Of a stretch of 64,000 bases of DNA, positions 48,187-56,868 are shown in pieces. The stretch spans positions 32,871 through 96,870 of the forward strand of contig CAYHJU010000001.1 in the NCBI GenBank assembly GCA_964357175.1. The letters are read 5' to 3'. The stretch comes from an uncultured Candidatus Saccharibacteria bacterium. Its GTDB lineage: Bacteria; Patescibacteriota; Minisyncoccia; GWC2-36-17; CAYHJU01. Below the pieces are notes generated by a model. It had not been told where the DNA came from and did no database searches. It was given only the letters and a program-made list of their open reading frames with translations. The position numbers were made by a program, and so were the translations under genes. Position 1 is the first letter of the stretch; each line of letters begins with the position of its first letter.

Positions 48187-48565
48187 GGTGGAGATGGAGG
48201 GAATTGAACCCTCGTCCAAAAATGATGGACAACCGATTTTAGAAGCTTGTTCCCATTAGTTTTGTACATTGCGTCTTTAAATAGGAAAAAATGTGCGCAA
48301 CGCTTGCCTTTGTTTGTTTAGAGCCAACAATTAAGGCAAATGATTGGCTCGAACCTGTTAATATAACACCGCTTGAACTTAACAGGTATGGGTTAAAGCG
48401 ATGGCTTTCACGCTAAATTAGGCAAAAGCAAGCACGGGAGTAGCAAAAGCTACGCGCGCTTTTGAGAATAAGTTTGCACTTATTGGTGATCAACTTTTTA
48501 CGAAGTGGTTGATCGGCTTCGGCTTCAACGATTGCTTGCTATTTCTGTCGAATCAAAACATCCCC
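48187..48565 (-). ncRNA. ssrA: tmRNA (SsrA); predicted tag peptide (A)NLFSKARVAFATPVLAFA
   Basis: Minus strand 5' GGGGAUGUUUUGAUUCGACAG... (tmRNA consensus GGGG..G.UUCGAC). 3' end ...GAGGGUUCAAUUCCCUCCAUCUCCACC gives a tRNA-Ala-like T-arm plus acceptor with G3.U. Internal ORF GCA AAC UUA ... GCU UUU GCC UAA begins with the GCA resume codon. smpB is adjacent. Confidence 0.7.
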
Positions 48566-48574
48566 ATATTTACC

Positions 48575-48594
48575 CCTGCCTACCGGTAGGTAGG
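48575..48594. repeat. CCTGCCTACCGGTAGGTAGG variant of the dispersed palindrome, in the tmRNA promoter region
   Basis: Lies 10 nt upstream of the tmRNA 5' end, between smpB and ssrA. Confidence 0.55.
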
Positions 48595-48627
48595 CCCACA
48601 CCTACTTGTGGGTGGTGGCTGGTTTAC

Positions 48628-49071
48628 TTAAAAGAACCTGCCTGATGTAATTTCTCTTTGCGCCTCGCGTTTTTTGATAACCTCTCTTTTGTCGGACATT
48701 TTTTTATGGCGCGCAAGAGCTATTTCAACTTTAATCAAACCTTTCGTAGTATACACTTTGGTTGGCAAAAGTGTCAAGCCGCTCTCCTTGGTTTTTCCCA
48801 TTAAGTAGTCAACTTCCTTTCTTTTTAAAAGAAGTCGGCGCGCTCGTTCCTGGTCATATCCCTTGGGCGCATTTTTCACTTGGTAGGGCGGAACGCTTGT
48901 ACCGATAAGCCAAGCCTCACCGCCACGCACAATAATATAAGACCCCGCTAAACTGATGTGTCCGGTTTTTATTGATTTTACCTCCTGTCCATTCAATTCT
49001 ATTCCTGCTTCAAATTTTTCCAGGAATTGATAATCAAATCCTGCTTTTTTGTTGAAAAATTCCAATTGCAT
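48628..49071 (-). CDS. smpB: SsrA-binding protein SmpB
   Basis: Canonical SmpB sequence (GIELNGQEVKS..., C-terminal basic tail); 147 aa. Confidence 0.9.
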   Translation of the reverse strand: MQLEFFNKKAGFDYQFLEKFEAGIELNGQEVKSIKTGHISLAGSYIIVRGGEAWLIGTSVPPYQVKNAPKGYDQERARRLLLKRKEVDYLMGKTKESGLTLLPTKVYTTKGLIKVEIALARHKKMSDKREVIKKREAQREITSGRFF

Positions 49072-49384
49072 ATTTTTATTGTACAGTTTTTTGTCTGGCG
49101 GTCAAAGAAAATTTAAATCCTTATTGATTTTATTAAGAAAAGTTATTTTTATTCCCTAAACGATTTTTATCGAACATTTGCGCAGCGAAGACATAATTTA
49201 ATGATAAGTTTGAGCGGTCCGCCCAAGGCGGATAAGTCCGCCCTGGGCGGATTGGTTCAAGTTGTTTGAAGCCAGCCCCTTTGGATTATCCAAAGGGGCT
49301 GGCTGAGTTTTGAATCAAAGCGAAAAAGAATCTTAAATTATCTGAGCAAGCATCTGAGAGATAAAAAGCGTTTAAAGAAATTAG

Positions 49385-50458
49385 TTATATTTTCCAATTC
49401 GCGTCCACTTTAATTTTTTTCCAAGATGTTGCTTTATTTTTTAAATAGTAAGAAGCGACAGCGATCATCTGGGCGTTGTCGGTGCAAAGAGATTTTTTGG
49501 GGCAGTAAAATGATGCGCCTATTTTTTTTGATGCTTTTTTCATTTCGCTCACCAATTTTTCATTGGCCGCTACTCCACCGCCTAAAATGATAGATTTAAC
49601 TTTATATTTTTCTGCGGCACGCATAGTTTTAGTGACCAAGACATCTACAATCGCTTTCTGTATGGAGGCGCACAAATCATCTTTTTGTTTTTCACTAAGT
49701 TTTCCTAAAGATTTCACCAGATATAAAACAGCCGTTTTTAATCCTGAAAAGCTAAAATCCCAGCCCGAGGCTGGTCCGCCTCTGGCGGAGAAATTTACCT
49801 TTGCATTGAGCATTGGGCGCGGCAAATTAAATGCGACAGGATTTCCCACTTCAGCTCTTTTGGCGACGGCTGGCCCTCCTGGATACCCAATCTCCAAAAT
49901 TCTCGCCGCTTTATCAAATGTCTCGCCCGCGGCGTCGTCTCTGGTTTTTCCGATAGTTTTAAAATCCAGATGTTTTTTCATTAAGACAAGCTGGGTGTGA
50001 CCTCCGGAAACTATTAGGGCCAAGGCCGGAAATTTAATTTTATTATTTTCTAAAAAATTTGCGTAAATGTGTGCAATCAAATGGTTTGTTGGCACAATTT
50101 TTTTCTTCCAAGAAAAAGCGAGGGTCTTAGCGGCGCTTACGCCCATTAAAAGAGAGGGAGAAAGGCCTGGCCCAGAGGTGACGGCTATAAAATCAATTTT
50201 TTTAATAAGAGTCTTGATGTCAATTTTTAATTTTTCTTTTGCTTTGGTGAGGGTGCTATAAATGACAGGCGGCAAATTTTCTTCATGCGCCCTGCATGCC
50301 AAATTTGGCACAATTCCTCCAAAGGGGGAATGAATTTCATCCTGTGAAGATGTGGTGTTTGCGAGTATTTCAAAAGACGGGTTTTTGACAGGTCCGCTTA
50401 CTTTTAAAATTGCCGCTCCCGTATCATCGCAACTTGTTTCAATAGATAGAATTAACAT
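49385..50458 (-). CDS. tsaD: tRNA N6-adenosine threonylcarbamoyltransferase TsaD
   Basis: MLILSIETSCDDT N-terminus, HxxH metal site context, ASKH fold; 357 aa. Confidence 0.9.
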   Translation of the reverse strand: MLILSIETSCDDTGAAILKVSGPVKNPSFEILANTTSSQDEIHSPFGGIVPNLACRAHEENLPPVIYSTLTKAKEKLKIDIKTLIKKIDFIAVTSGPGLSPSLLMGVSAAKTLAFSWKKKIVPTNHLIAHIYANFLENNKIKFPALALIVSGGHTQLVLMKKHLDFKTIGKTRDDAAGETFDKAARILEIGYPGGPAVAKRAEVGNPVAFNLPRPMLNAKVNFSARGGPASGWDFSFSGLKTAVLYLVKSLGKLSEKQKDDLCASIQKAIVDVLVTKTMRAAEKYKVKSIILGGGVAANEKLVSEMKKASKKIGASFYCPKKSLCTDNAQMIAVASYYLKNKATSWKKIKVDANWKI

Positions 50459-50460
50459 TT

Positions 50461-51576
50461 TTATTCAACATCTGTGTTAAACTTTTTAAAGTGTTTAAAA
50501 AAATCATCTTCGGCAATTTGTCTTAAACCTGCCCTACCATAAGCATCTTTAATTAATCTAGCAATTTCTAAAAAGTGACCAGTAAAATATGCTCGAGCAA
50601 ATTTATCAAAAATCTCTTCTTCTGATTTAAATTTATCAGGATGTTTTTCAAGAATACCATTTATTATTTTCCAAAATCTATTTCGAGCTTCGGAGTAGGT
50701 ATAACTACAAAAGAACCCCTCCTTATCAATGAATGCAATGGGGGGCAATTCATCCCCCGAATTCTCTTGTTGAAAAATTGGTTGAAAAGCTTTTACTGCT
50801 TTAGATTTCCCTTCAAATTCTCTTTGTAATGTTGGGATTTTAGGAAAATATTTTTTCTCAAATCTTATAGCTAACTCTTCGGTCAAGGCTTCATTAAAAT
50901 CCATAAAATAAACACTTTTGTTTTTAGGGCTCCTCATTTCAAGACCGCATCTCCTTGTGTCTGCTTCCAATTTTTCTGGACCAATTTTTTTTATTGTGAC
51001 TGATTGAAAGGAATTAAAGTGCAGCATTTCATGAACTATTGTTAAAGCTTTTTTTAAGGGGATGTTTATTTGTGGACTAGACCCTAGTAAAATAGATTGT
51101 CTATCTGTAGAGTGTATTGCTAGAGCTTCTGTGCCGCCAAACCCACCAAATCCCAGTTGATCAAATACAGACTTATCAACTTTGGACGGATTTAGAAAAT
51201 GAATGTTCTTTTCAGGCACATCAATGGGTTGTCCGCCATATTCTGAAACGAATTTTGCCATATTTAAATTAATTTGTTCTATGGTTTCTGTCTCTTCAGG
51301 AGTTTTTGATCTTTCTATATCTTTTAGTTCTTTTATAGACGAAAAAAATTTAAGGACATTTTTGACGATTGGTTCGTGAGAAATAGGCTGTTCCTCAAAA
51401 AGAAGTTGATAATATTTTTTAACCCTATCTTCTTCGGGGGTTGTTAAGGTACCAACAATCTTAAGAAGGCCGGAAGTTCTTTCCTGTGTTGGAATATTAG
51501 GATTTTTTGGGCTTGACGGTTCATCGGATTGTTCGTCCTTCTGTTTTTCTGGATGTTTAAATAATTCAAACATACA
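50461..51576 (-). CDS. hypothetical HExxH zincin-like protein
   Basis: VHEMLHF motif in a ~370-aa ORF. Start set at the internal Met (MFELFK...). No family assignable. Confidence 0.45.
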   Translation of the reverse strand, partial: CMFELFKHPEKQKDEQSDEPSSPKNPNIPTQERTSGLLKIVGTLTTPEEDRVKKYYQLLFEEQPISHEPIVKNVLKFFSSIKELKDIERSKTPEETETIEQINLNMAKFVSEYGGQPIDVPEKNIHFLNPSKVDKSVFDQLGFGGFGGTEALAIHSTDRQSILLGSSPQINIPLKKALTIVHEMLHFNSFQSVTIKKIGPEKLEADTRRCGLEMRSPKNKSVYFMDFNEALTEELAIRFEKKYFPKIPTLQREFEGKSKAVKAFQPIFQQENSGDELPPIAFIDKEGFFCSYTYSEARNRFWKIINGILEKHPDKFKSEEEIFDKFARAYFTGHFLEIARLIKDAYGRAGLRQIAEDDFFKHFKKFNTDVE

Positions 51577-51707
51577 ATTATTATCTATCATTAAAAAGAT
51601 GACTAAATTAATCTTGCCACGTCTCTTGTTTTTAATCAACCTTGATATATAATACTAAAAAAATTATACTATTAATAAAGCTTTATCGAGACATGCTTGC
51701 CACCACG

Positions 51708-51772
51708 AAGCCTTGGCGAAGTGTGGCTTGCCTCGACGTAGCTTTAGCGAAGTCGGGGCCTCGTCGTCTAGC
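51708..51772 (+). repeat. imperfect tandem duplication (~30 nt x2) of the tRNA-Glu 5' end and its upstream 15 nt
   Basis: Unit 1 GCCTTGGCGAAGTGTGGCTTGCCTCGACGTA (51710-40) vs unit 2 GCTTTAGCGAAGTCGGGGCCTCGTCGTCTA (51741-70). Unit 2 runs into the tRNA. Confidence 0.4.
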
Positions 51773-51830
51773 CCGGTCAGGACGCCAGGTTTTCATCCTG
51801 GTAACACGGGTTCGAATCCCGTCGAGGCTA
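51757..51830 (+). tRNA. tRNA-Glu (UUC)
   Basis: Aligns to bacterial tRNA-Glu: acceptor GGCCTCG/CGAGGCT (G1.U72), D-arm GTCTAGCCCGGTCAGGAC, anticodon loop TTTTCAT, T-arm ACGGGTTCGAATCCCGT. Confidence 0.8.
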
Positions 51831-51845
51831 CTTAATAAAATTAAA

Positions 51846-51878
51846 TCCTCCCACAAGGAGGCTTTTAATTTTATTAAT
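51846..51878 (+). terminator. terminator after tRNA-Glu
   Basis: CCTCCcacaaGGAGG hairpin followed by CTTTTAATTTTATT. Confidence 0.5.
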
Positions 51879-52129
51879 TTTCGGCGGGATTCGAACAGTA
51901 AAGGGAAAGGGGTCGGGAAAACGGGAGTTTTCCCGTTGCGGAAATATTAAAACCGCTGGGTTTTAAAATCGCGAAGCGATTGTTCGATTTTCCGTCGAGA
52001 CTACTGATTATTTTAATAAAAACAGCCCATTTGCATTGCAATATTCTTCTGCGGTTTTATTTTGCTTTACATATTCTGCTGAACCGTACTAAACTAAAAG
52101 TAGGTTAAAAACAAATCCAATATTAAAAC

Positions 52130-52936
52130 ATGAAATTTTTTAGAGGTTTTTTAGAAGCAAAATCTGAAGGACAAAGACAAGAAATTAAAGGACAAGAAAT
52201 TAAAGAACAAGAGGCACAAAACGCAGAAGTCCCGAGACCCGAATTAACAGAAGAACAAATCAGAGAAAAGCTGTCTAAATTAGGGGATATTGAAGAATTG
52301 GCAAAAAGCGTTAGGGATCCTTTTAAGCCGAGCTCGATAAAAGCTCTGGCTCGTTTGGTCATTAAAATAGAATCTGACCTGCCTTCCTATGATACGGTTT
52401 TAAGCGACGAAGCCAGCGGACGCCTTCCCAGTCTATTTTTGAGCAAAATAATTAATAATGCCAGATTAAAAAATGGACAAGACTCGCTTCAAACATATTT
52501 CATTACTGCCGGACGTTATCAGGATCCTGAAAAAGCAAAAGCGGTGAAAGATTTTCTGGCTAGTAAAAAAGACAAAATCGGCAAAGCTTTGGTGGTGACA
52601 GAATATATTTGTACGGGTGCTGTAATTCAGGGGCTTGTAGAGGCGATGAAAAGACTCGGAATTAATTTTGATGTGGCCGCTGTTTCAATAAATGAAGAAA
52701 ATGATATTATTAAAAACAACCACATTCGTTATGGAACGATTCAAAGTGAAGGCTCGCTTGGGACGTCAGGTGGATTAGGGTTTTATCGTCATTTTGCTAG
52801 CGGAGTGATCAAAGATAACACTGATCCATCCCCTCACCTTGAGGCGAGATATCCATACGATAGGGGCGACATTAACCGAGCCAGAAAAGACATAGATTTC
52901 TTAGCTAAGGAGTTTATTGATAAATTGTTAAGCTGA
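52130..52936 (+). CDS. hypothetical protein (degenerate PRTase-like segment)
   Basis: 268-aa ORF with a KALVVTEYICTGAV stretch reminiscent of the type I PRTase PRPP loop but lacking the DD; followed by terminator CAAGGATGCGTGTCCTTG+T8 (52982-53012). Confidence 0.35.
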   Translation: MKFFRGFLEAKSEGQRQEIKGQEIKEQEAQNAEVPRPELTEEQIREKLSKLGDIEELAKSVRDPFKPSSIKALARLVIKIESDLPSYDTVLSDEASGRLPSLFLSKIINNARLKNGQDSLQTYFITAGRYQDPEKAKAVKDFLASKKDKIGKALVVTEYICTGAVIQGLVEAMKRLGINFDVAAVSINEENDIIKNNHIRYGTIQSEGSLGTSGGLGFYRHFASGVIKDNTDPSPHLEARYPYDRGDINRARKDIDFLAKEFIDKLLS

Positions 52937-53087
52937 TTTACCTGATAAATTTTCTCTTGCCAGGTATACTTCAAAAAAACAAGGATGCGTGTCCTTGTTT
53001 TTTATTTTGATTTTTTAAATCTTTACAAAAAACAAAAATAAACATATACTCTCTTTAGATTTTGGTTCTTTAAAAAGGAGGGTCAAG

Positions 53088-54959
53088 GTGACGAGTAAAA
53101 AGAAATCACAAGCGCCGGAAAAAAATACTGGAGCTGAGAATTTTAGATGGGATCTCAAGTGCATGTACAGGGGCGTTGACGATCCGCAGATTGATTTAGA
53201 TATCGCGGCATTGGTTGAGATGATTAAAAATTTTTACGCAGCCCATAAAGGTAGGCTTGGAGAAACGCTCAGTCAAGCGATCACGGACTACGCCAATATC
53301 AGCATGCTTGAAAGTAAGGTTTTTGTGTATTTGTTTCTTAAACAAAGCACGAATGTTGGCGATGCTGTGGTTAAATCTAAAATTGCCGATGCAAAAATAA
53401 AACTGAGCAGGGCGTCGGGAGAATATCTAACTTTCTTTGATATCGAGTTGGTTGCTTTGAGCGAAGAGATGCTTGCGAAACTATATAAAAATTATCCAGT
53501 TGTTGCCAAGTATCGTCCCTGGATAGAACATACCCGTATTTTCAAGCCACACCTATTGAGTGAGTCAGTAGAGTCTGCTCTTACCAAGCGCAGTCCATTT
53601 GGCTCAGGCTCCTGGAGCGAGTTTTTTGATGAATTGGAATCGGATTTGAAATTTAAGTTTCAGGGTAAAAATAAAACATTGACAGAAATGCTTGATCTGC
53701 TGACGGAATCAAAAGACGCCAAAGAAAGAGCTCGGCTGCTGAAAATTATTAATTTGGGATTGGGCGGGATGTTTGCTAAATATTCTGCGCAAAATCTCTA
53801 CATGGTAGTCGGTTCTAAGGTGGTGGAAATTCGGGAGCGCTCTTATAAACATCCGATGGAATCACGCAATAAGTCCAATCAGATTCCTGACGCGGTAGTG
53901 GATGCCCTGCACAGGGCCGTCGAAGATGTGGCTGGCCCGCTTGCCAGACGCTACTATCGCCTTAAGGCTGCGCATCTTGGTTTGAAAAAGTTGAGATGGA
54001 GTGATCGTAACGCGCCGATGCCATTTTCTGACACAACCATTGTGCCATTTAAGGAGGCGCTCAAGATTGTTGTCGATGCCTATCAAAGTTTTAGTCCAAC
54101 GCTCGCCAAGCTCATTCGTAAATCTATTAAAAATAAACGCATTGATGCTCCAGCTGGAAAAGGCAGGCGGGACGGAGCCTATAACTGTTCTATTGTCTTG
54201 CCTGGTAATATTCCCACATCATTTACCTTTTTGAACTACTTGGGCTCTGGCGGAGATGTGATGACTTTGGCTCATGAATTGGGTCATGGTGTGCATGGAC
54301 TACTTGCGGGTCAGGCCCAAGGGCCTCTGATGTGTCACGCCCCAACTGCTTATGCTGAGACAGCGTCGGTTTTTGGCGAAATGACCACCTATAACTTTTT
54401 GAAGAAACGGCTCACTGCAGAGAAAAACAATGAGGCTCTGCTCGCGCTGATTATGAGTAAAATTGATGATATTCTTAACACGATGGTTCGACAAATTGGA
54501 TTTTCCAATTTTGAACGCCGGCTTCACGGCATGGATCCATCTTATCGCGAGTGGAAAGAGGTTAAAAAGCTTTCGGTTGAAGAACTCGATGCTCTTTGGC
54601 TAGAAACGCTGAAATGTCTCTATGGTGAAGATGGGGAAGTTTTTACTTATGAAAACGCACAGCACCTTTGGAGCTACATCCCTCATTTTCACAGGCCGTT
54701 CTATGTTTACGGATATTCTTTTGGAGAGCTTCTGACCCAAAGCATTTACGCTCAGCAAGAGAAAATGGGCAAGCGTTTTGAACCTTTATATCTGGACATG
54801 TTGAGATCGGGCTCTACTAAGAATGTGGTGGAGTTACTCAAGCCATTTGGCCTTGATCCAACCAACGAGCATTTCTGGATTGATGGCATTACAGCTGGTT
54901 TGGGCGCTATGATTGAAGAGGCGGAAGAGTTGTCGCGCAAAATGGGAATTTCTGTTTAA
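53088..54959 (+). CDS. pepF: oligoendopeptidase F (M3B family)
   Basis: HELGHGVH zinc motif with downstream Glu, ~620 aa M3 layout; GTG start 7 nt after AAGGAGG. Confidence 0.8.
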   Translation: MTSKKKSQAPEKNTGAENFRWDLKCMYRGVDDPQIDLDIAALVEMIKNFYAAHKGRLGETLSQAITDYANISMLESKVFVYLFLKQSTNVGDAVVKSKIADAKIKLSRASGEYLTFFDIELVALSEEMLAKLYKNYPVVAKYRPWIEHTRIFKPHLLSESVESALTKRSPFGSGSWSEFFDELESDLKFKFQGKNKTLTEMLDLLTESKDAKERARLLKIINLGLGGMFAKYSAQNLYMVVGSKVVEIRERSYKHPMESRNKSNQIPDAVVDALHRAVEDVAGPLARRYYRLKAAHLGLKKLRWSDRNAPMPFSDTTIVPFKEALKIVVDAYQSFSPTLAKLIRKSIKNKRIDAPAGKGRRDGAYNCSIVLPGNIPTSFTFLNYLGSGGDVMTLAHELGHGVHGLLAGQAQGPLMCHAPTAYAETASVFGEMTTYNFLKKRLTAEKNNEALLALIMSKIDDILNTMVRQIGFSNFERRLHGMDPSYREWKEVKKLSVEELDALWLETLKCLYGEDGEVFTYENAQHLWSYIPHFHRPFYVYGYSFGELLTQSIYAQQEKMGKRFEPLYLDMLRSGSTKNVVELLKPFGLDPTNEHFWIDGITAGLGAMIEEAEELSRKMGISV

Positions 54960-55050
54960 TGAAATTGGATTAAAAAATAAAGCGTCCCGCAAGATGGGGC
55001 GCTTTTTACTTTTAAATGGCGCGAGGACGTTAAAAATATTTACGCGATGC

Positions 55051-55079
55051 TTGACAAAGCTTTTGAATTGGTGTAGCGT
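55051..55079 (+). promoter_or_regulatory. sigma70-like promoter TTGACA-N17-TAGCGT
   Basis: TTGACA at 55051-56 and TGTAGCGT at 55072-79; followed by GAGGAGGGTCAAG 8 nt before the ATG at 55106. Confidence 0.4.
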
Positions 55080-55105
55080 GGACATTAAGAGAGGAGGGTC
55101 AAGTT

Positions 55106-55483
55106 ATGTGGCGTCCAGAAGCTTCTAAAGGTTGGCCAACAGAACGGGAAGTAATGCCGGAAGAGGTTTTGGAGCAGGGCAAGAGTCTCGTGGGCCAGAT
55201 GGTCAATCTTGGCTCAATTCTGAGCCCTCATTATGTCGCCATTATGAACTTCATTCCCAAAAGCGGTGAAGCGGTGAGAGGTTCTGACGGTTCAATTCAG
55301 TTCCTTGAAAAACCCAAGTTCGCGGTGGTCTCTGCCAAGACCGGATGTGGACATCCGGTAGATCCAGAGGACATCAAGCTTCTCACCGATATGCGTCATG
55401 ATTTGAATCATGTTGACGATTTCCGTAGGGCTGCGCGTCTCATGCTGTACAATCCGCCGAACACAGGCCTTAACGGATGCTAA
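55106..55483 (+). CDS. hypothetical protein (125 aa) in GC-elevated DNA
   Basis: ORF with strong SD, own promoter, and terminator hairpin GGTCCCGAtttaCTCGGGAC+T-run at 55489-55520. Confidence 0.45.
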   Translation: MWRPEASKGWPTEREVMPEEVLEQGKSLVGQMVNLGSILSPHYVAIMNFIPKSGEAVRGSDGSIQFLEKPKFAVVSAKTGCGHPVDPEDIKLLTDMRHDLNHVDDFRRAARLMLYNPPNTGLNGC

Positions 55484-55555
55484 AATCTTTGGTCCCGATT
55501 TACTCGGGACTTTTTCTTTTTAAAAACCAAAATAAAAAACCCGCACAATGCGGGT

Positions 55556-56230
55556 TTATGTCGTTGAATGGTAATATTTGAACATTAAAAATTTAGCAAA
55601 CCCACTCATTTCATGTTGATATATTTTTAATCTAGAGTCGTGCCCGATTTTTTCTTCAAGGGTAAACATTGAGGTTAGTTTAAAGTCATCCTGCATCCAT
55701 CCCATGCCGCCATTAAATAGTCTGAAATCTGCGTCAGAAAACGTCAAAATTTTTAATCTTACTATTTTTGCGATATGGGACTTATTTTTGTAAAACTCTT
55801 CAAGTAGTCTGTTTAGTTTAATTTCAAGTAATTTAGTTTCGGCGCGCCATTTTTTGTGTTTTTTAGTTTCTGGATTAATGGAATATTTTTCTTGGGCTAT
55901 ATCAATTACTGTGCAAAATAAATCTATGTTGGTTTTTCTAACATCCTCTATTTCTTGTTTGATTCCCAATTTTCTGGCCGTTTGGTTTATGATATAATTT
56001 TGTTTAACAAATTTTTCGTCAGGACGATTGGGGGCCGCAATATCCACCCAAGGCGCGCCCATCGAGTGATCTGTGTGCCCCTCGCACGATTGATATGTGA
56101 TAAACCCATTTAGAATGAGGGCCACAACAAGCGATTTTATATTCTTATCAATAGGCATTCCTAGTCTGTCTGTCCGGCCAGTAATTTCTTTTAAGGTTTG
56201 TTTGTGTCGAGCCCTTTTGGTGTCGCGCAC
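55556..56230 (-). CDS. hypothetical protein (224 aa)
   Basis: Clean ORF bounded by bidirectional terminator AAAAAACCCGCACAATGCGGGTTT (55538-55562); no family recognised. Confidence 0.4.
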   Translation of the reverse strand: MRDTKRARHKQTLKEITGRTDRLGMPIDKNIKSLVVALILNGFITYQSCEGHTDHSMGAPWVDIAAPNRPDEKFVKQNYIINQTARKLGIKQEIEDVRKTNIDLFCTVIDIAQEKYSINPETKKHKKWRAETKLLEIKLNRLLEEFYKNKSHIAKIVRLKILTFSDADFRLFNGGMGWMQDDFKLTSMFTLEEKIGHDSRLKIYQHEMSGFAKFLMFKYYHSTT

Positions 56231-56468
56231 AATTTCCTCCGAGCTTATTAAAGAGCTACTTATGCCTTACTCTAATTTAAATTATATGTAAGTCAAGCTG
56301 AAAGATTAGAAAAATTTGAGGGATGTGGATCTAAATGGTGTTGTCGCAAAAAAGGATATATGTTTAAATTTTTGGTTTTGATATTAGTTGTTTTGTTTGT
56401 TTTTGTTTTCTTTTCATAAATTTTAAAAATATGGTAAAATAATCGTATAGAACATAGCAATTATAAAT

Positions 56469-56747
56469 ATGTCAAAAAAAGCAATTTATCTATCAATCGC
56501 GGTCGTTTCGTTGGTTGTTTTGATAACTCTGGGGTATTTTGGTTGGGTAAAATGGAAGGAATATAGATTATCGCCAGAAGATAAACTTTTAAATAGTGCT
56601 GGGGAGTCCGCAGACAAAATAACTGAAAGCGCGTCCAAAGGTGTATTGCCGCCAATTCAAGTAAATCCATTGGACAGCAAGCCAGACATTAATCCTGCCG
56701 ACAAGGCCAACCCGTTTAAAGATATAAAAACTAATCCCTTCGACTAG
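56469..56747 (+). CDS. small bitopic membrane protein
   Basis: N-terminal TM helix AIYLSIAVVSLVVLITLGYFGW; preceded by extended -10 TGGTAAAAT (56428-36). Confidence 0.4.
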   Translation: MSKKAIYLSIAVVSLVVLITLGYFGWVKWKEYRLSPEDKLLNSAGESADKITESASKGVLPPIQVNPLDSKPDINPADKANPFKDIKTNPFD

Positions 56748-56868
56748 CTCAGGATTTGTTCTGAGTATAATCGAAGAAATAGCCCATTCGAATAATAATT
56801 ATTCACCCCGTTAGATACTTACCAAAAAATTATTTTGAGTAAATGTTAACGAGGATGAAACAAAAAAT

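Noticed and set aside
51642-51950. 102-aa plus-strand ORF
   Set aside because: It overlaps the tRNA-Glu gene, its upstream duplication and terminator, so it is not a plausible CDS.
51880-52005. Possible tmRNA or tRNA on the minus strand, suggested by a GGATTCGAAC T-loop-like motif
   Set aside because: No acceptor or T-stem pairing could be built, and a bona fide tmRNA was found elsewhere (48187-48565). Kept only as an unexplained structured segment.
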